A DNA stretch of 64,000 nt, from assembly GCA_964016885.1 (NCBI GenBank), contig OZ024759.1, positions 24,428,001 through 24,492,000 of the forward strand. Direction: 5' to 3'. This document shows positions 59,451 through 64,000 of this stretch, piece by piece. Position numbers and translations under genes: made by a program. Numbering within the stretch: position 1 is the first letter of the stretch; every line of letters starts with the position of its first letter. The stretch is from Eledone cirrhosa. Lineage: Eukaryota. The notes below the pieces were generated by a model. The model had not been told where the DNA came from. It did not search any database and worked only from the letters and a program-made list of their open reading frames with translations.

Positions 59451-59657
59451 GGTTGTGATAGTAGTGGTAACAACAGTTGTAGTACTGTGGCGATGTCCGA
59501 GTATGTCCTTGATGCTAAACGCCGTAAACGGCTTGTTAGGATTCCTGGGCGGGTGTAGCTGTACCATGGCTAACCTCTTTATAGGTCCGTACCGATCTGA
59601 TCGGCTCTTTCCCTCTGCGTCAGATGATGGCCCGCCACCACAACTTGATGTGGACAT
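57542..59657 (-). CDS. Lbx: Ladybird (Lbx, NK-class) homeobox transcription factor, first coding exon (about 705 codons; homeodomain exon not found in this window)
   Basis: LHPPRNPNKPFTAFSIKDILG matches the LBX1 eh1 region LPPPANSNKPLTPFSIEDILN. SPLDALMEMANKTFEGLE matches LBX1 SPLCALEELASKTFKGLE. ATG at 59657. The ORF runs into ATG G|GTAAGT, a phase-1 donor just after the SPL motif. Confidence 0.9.
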
Positions 59658-59774
59658 TTCCTCTTCTAATGAAGAAGAGGAAAATAAGCAGCAGCAGCAG
59701 CAGCAGCAGCCGCCGCCGCTACTATCGTTGCCACTACTACCGCCGCTGCTGACGATCGCGAAGATGGAAGGAGA

Positions 59775-60190
59775 GAGAGTGAGAAAGAGTGTGAGAAAGA
59801 GTGTGTGAGAAAGAGTGTGAGAAAGAGAGTGTGAGAAAGAGTGTGAGAAAGAGTGTGAGAAAGAGAGTGAGAAAGAGAGTGAGAAAGAGTGTGAGAAAGA
59901 GTGTGAGAAAGAGTGTGAGAAAGAGAGTGAGAAAGAGAGTGAGAAAGAGTGTGAGAAAGAGTGTGAGAAAGAGTGTGTGAGAAAGAGTGTGTGAGAAAGA
60001 GTGTGTGAGAAAGAGAGTGAGAAAGAGTGTGAGAAAGAGTGTGTGAGAAAGAGTGTGAGAAAGAGTGTGTGAGAAAGAGTGTGAGAAAGAGTGTGTGAGA
60101 AAGAGAGTGAGAAAGAGTGTGAGAAAGAGTGTGAGAAAGAGTGTGAGAAAGAGAGTGAGAAAGAGAGTGAGAAAGAGTGTGAGAAAGAGA
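59775..60190. repeat. 12-14 bp minisatellite (gtgtgagaaaga)n upstream of the Lbx ATG
   Basis: About 32 tandem gagaaaga-g(a/t)gt units. Confidence 0.9.
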
Positions 60191-60237
60191 AAGAATGTTA
60201 TATTCTTTCTTTTTACAAATGAAATAGCAACGAATAA

Positions 60238-60285
<48 letters not shown>

Positions 60286-60655
60286 AGAAAGGAAGAGAGT
60301 AAATGAAACAGCGACGATAATGATTATAATGATGTTGACGGTGGTGGTGACGGTGGTAATGATAGTGGTGGTGGTGGTGGTGGTGGTGATGGTGGTGAGG
60401 GGAGTAGGGAGAGAGATAAGCAGCAGTAGTAATGGTTGTAGTAGTAATAGTAGCAGTAGTAGTTGTTTGGTGAGGAGGAAAACGAAGGAAGAGAAGTAGT
60501 AGTAGTAGCAGTAGTATTAGTAGGAAACAAGAGAGATGTAGGGAGAAAGAGTGAGAGAGTGTGTGTGTATGGGGGGGGGGGGATACAAACATACACTGTA
60601 CATAAACTACATATACATAACATATATCTACTTCACATAAACATACACATAAACT

Positions 60656-60689
<34 letters not shown>

Positions 60690-60699
<10 letters not shown>

Positions 60700-61004
60700 A
60701 ACTTATATATAAACAACATATATATATACACAAACAATATATATATACACAAACAATATATATATATATAATATATATACACAAACAATATATATATACA
60801 TATATACACAAACAATATATATATATATATACACAAACAATATATATATATATATACACGAACAATATATATATACACAAACAATATATATATATATATA
60901 TATATACACAAACAATATATATATATACACACAAACAATATATATATATATACACACAAACAATATATATACACACAAACAATATATATATATATATATA
61001 CACA

Positions 61005-61065
<61 letters not shown>

Positions 61066-61072
61066 AACAACA
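60690..61072. repeat. Minisatellite acacaaaca(at)n
   Basis: About 13 repeats of cacaaacaata with variable (TA) spacers. Confidence 0.85.
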
Positions 61073-62044
61073 CACACCTCCTCCCAAACAAGAAAAACGA
61101 CTAAAATATATCAATGTACCCATAAAACGCAGAATGAGGCGAAAGAGAAGGCGGAGGGGGACAGTGAGGAGGAGGGGGAGGAGATATAACAGGCGAGTGA
61201 CGTAGACTAATGTGAATATAGGGAGGGGAAGAGAGGAGTGGGATGAGGGTATGTTGTGACGTAGACTGATGTAAACAGAGGGAAGTAGGGTGGTTGAAAG
61301 ATAGAGAGTGAGAGAGGAAGGGGAGAGAGAAAGAAGGGGAAGTAATGACGCTGAAAAATAGCAGACGATAGGTGGAGCGGGTGGAGGAGGAATGGAAGGA
61401 GGGATAGATAGAGTGAGAGAGAGAGAGAGAGAGAGATAGTGAGAGTGAGGGTGTGTGTTGGAAGAAGGAAGGGGAGGAAAGAAATGGAAGTAGAAATAAT
61501 AATAGGTGTGAGAGAAGGGAAAAGAGTAAGAGTTAGGTGTAGTTATGTGTGAGGGAGTAGTGTGTGTGTAGTAGGAGGAAGGGTGGGAGTAGTTGAAGAA
61601 ATAGGGGAGGAGGAGGGAGAGGAGGAGGAAATAATAGTGAATGGTAATTTGTGGAAGGAGGTGAAAGAAAGACAGTGTGTTTATGAGAGAGAGGAGTATG
61701 TAATACGACAAAGAAGGAGGATGAGGAGAAAGAGAAAGAGGCAGAGAAAAAAGAGAAAAAGAGAGGGAGTGATGAGATGAAGATGAAAGATGTGAGGGAG
61801 GAAGGGAAAACTTAGAAATTAGAAAGGGTGGTGAAAGTGAGTGAAATAAAGAGAGAGAGAGAGAGAGAGAGAGTGAGAGAGAGAGAGAGAGAAGGGAGGA
61901 GGGAAGACTGGCGTTCACAGATGACTACTGCTCTTCCGTAAAACACCTTGTTCAGACTTCCGCTCTGGAGAGGAACTTTCCAGGTGCCAATCCATGGCTA
62001 GTCCTGACAAAAGGGCAGCCTTTGGTCCTCGGAGAGGGGTGGCG

Positions 62045-62592
62045 TGGTAGCGGGGAACTTTAGAGCATTCTGGATGGAGGACCTAGTAGGGAGGACTTTA
62101 GAACATTCTGGCTGGGGGACCTAGTAGGGGGTAACTCTAGAGTATTCTGGGTGGGAGACATAGTAAGGGGAGCTTTAGAGCATTCTGGCTGAGGATCTAG
62201 AAGGGGTAACTTCAGATCATTCTGGGTGGGAGACATAGTATGGGGAACTTTAGAGCATTCTGGCTGGGGGACCTAGTAGGAGGTAACTTTAGAGTATTCT
62301 GGGTGGGAGACATAGTAGGAAGCGGGGGAACTCTAGAGCAAACTAGCTGGAGGATCTAGTAGGGGGAACCTAAGTGCATTCTGGGTGGGGGACTTAGTAG
62401 TAGGGGAGACTTTATAGCATTCTGGCTGGGGGACCTAGTAGGAAGCGGGGGAACTCTAGAGCAAACTAGCTGGAGGACCTAGTAGGGGGAACCTAAGTGC
62501 ATTCTGGGTGGGGGACTTAGTAGTAGGGGAGACTTTATAGCATTCTGGCTGGGGGACCTAGTAAGGGGGTAGATTTAGAGCATCCTGGGTGG
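62045..62592. repeat. G-rich minisatellite, unit about 38-46 bp
   Basis: About 14 diverged units of ggggaactttagagcattctggctgggggacctagta. Confidence 0.88.
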
Positions 62593-63796
62593 GCAATCAA
62601 GGTACACCGTTAAAAAAGTAGATAGAGGGCGGGCAGTGCCATCCGGTGCCCTCTTACCCCTTCACCAACGATGTTTCTCGTGCCAAGCTATATCAACCTT
62701 TACCTTTTTTGTTTTGTGGACAACTTTCGTGGCATGGAGAGGGTAAACTTGCATGCATGGGTGACTTCTGGTCTTCCATGACTAGAAAAAAATAAACTGG
62801 TCAGGCATGCGCCTTGGAGAGGAACTTTAGGGGTCCAGAATCATGGTCAGGCATAATCGAAGGGAGCTTTAAAATAGGTATAGGTGTATGCATGTATGTA
62901 TGTGTGTATGTATGATTGTGTGTGTGTATGTCTGTATGTGTATGTATATGTGTGTGTGTATGTGTGTGCGTTTTATATATATGTATCAGAAAAACATTGA
63001 GTTATCTAAAATATATATTCATAGAAATATCCTTCTACATTCACAGGGTGGGTGGTTAGGGTGTTTGGGTCACAAGGGTAAAGTTGAATTCCAGTACAAC
63101 TCGTTTTATGTTCCAGCTGAATTGGTTGGAACAGCGTAAAATAAAGTGACTTGCTTAAGGCTACAACGTGCTGCGGTACATCGCGCAAGTGACCTCACGA
63201 TCATGCGCTTTCACTATAAGCGCTAACACAGACATGCACACACACACATACACACATAACCACTCACACTCACACTCACACGCACGCACACATACACACA
63301 TATACACATACACATTCGCATGCAAATACGCACACATGCATGCACACATACACACATACATACACACTCACAAATACACATGCACGCATGCACACATAGA
63401 CACTCACTCATACACACGCGCACACACATACACACGCACACATACACACTCGCACGCGCACATACACGGTTGCACACACACACACGCGCACGCATGCACA
63501 CATACACACTCACATTCACGTACGCACACATACACACTCACGCACGCATGCACATACTCACTCAGACATACACACATACACATACACGTTTATATTCACA
63601 CGCAGGCTGGCGAAGTGTCAGCCAAAGCATATAAAATCCTATTGCTCATTGTTGCTCCGCCCCTTGTTTACGGAGTTACCGTCAGAGGGCGTTGTCAGCA
63701 ACCAACGGGAGAAGTTTGTTGACGTTTGGCAGTGGAAAGTTTCAATGAAGCAAAAGCAGACCGCGGTCACTGTGTATGTGTGTCAGTGTGTGTGTA

Positions 63797-63829
<33 letters not shown>

Positions 63830-64000
63830 GTGTGTGTGTATGTATAAATATCTGTATGTGTGTATCTATATATATATATATGTGTATCTATATACATACA
63901 TATATATGTGTGTATGTGTATATGTGTATATATGAATGTGAGGGGTTATTATACACAAACACACACACACACATATATACATATATATATATTATATAAT

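Noticed and set aside
57507-59808. Plus-strand and alternate-frame ORFs overlapping Lbx
   Set aside because: They are shadows of the trinucleotide repeats in the real exon.
59666-61918. 750 aa minus-strand ORF
   Set aside because: It is made of CT-rich, TA and minisatellite repeats with no domain-like sequence.
62045-62592. CRISPR-like array
   Set aside because: The units are head-to-tail with no unique spacers, there are no cas genes, and the context is eukaryotic.

Overview
Eukaryotic, very AT-rich genomic DNA saturated with (TA)n/(CA)n/(CT)n/(ATCT)n microsatellites. The tRNA-derived SINEs, RTE/Tx1 LINE fragments and repeat content point to an octopus (coleoid cephalopod) genome; this is an inference. 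The only credible host gene is the first coding exon of a ladybird (Lbx) homeobox gene on the minus strand (59657-57542). It carries the eh1 motif FSIKDIL, the SPLDALMEMANKTFEGLE motif and a phase-1 GTAAGT donor. I found no homeobox exon, so positions 1-57541 appear to be one intron of more than 57 kb. Nearly all ORFs in the track are microsatellite artefacts. The main hidden structure is in the short non-microsatellite islands inside the (TA)n tracts. Many belong to about 10 or more distinct families of 100-500 bp non-coding elements carrying minimal type I hammerhead ribozyme (HHR) motifs (stem I-CUGANGA-stem II-GAAA-short, often palindromic stem III-UH). They sit in (TA)n and are often arranged as asymmetric fold-back hairpins. 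Stems covary while loops vary, and a few copies begin at the predicted self-cleavage site. This fits a diverse population of TA-targeting Penelope-like (PLE) pLTR remnants or retrozyme-like non-autonomous retroelements. All folds were worked out by eye, and repeat boundaries are approximate (about +/-10 bp).
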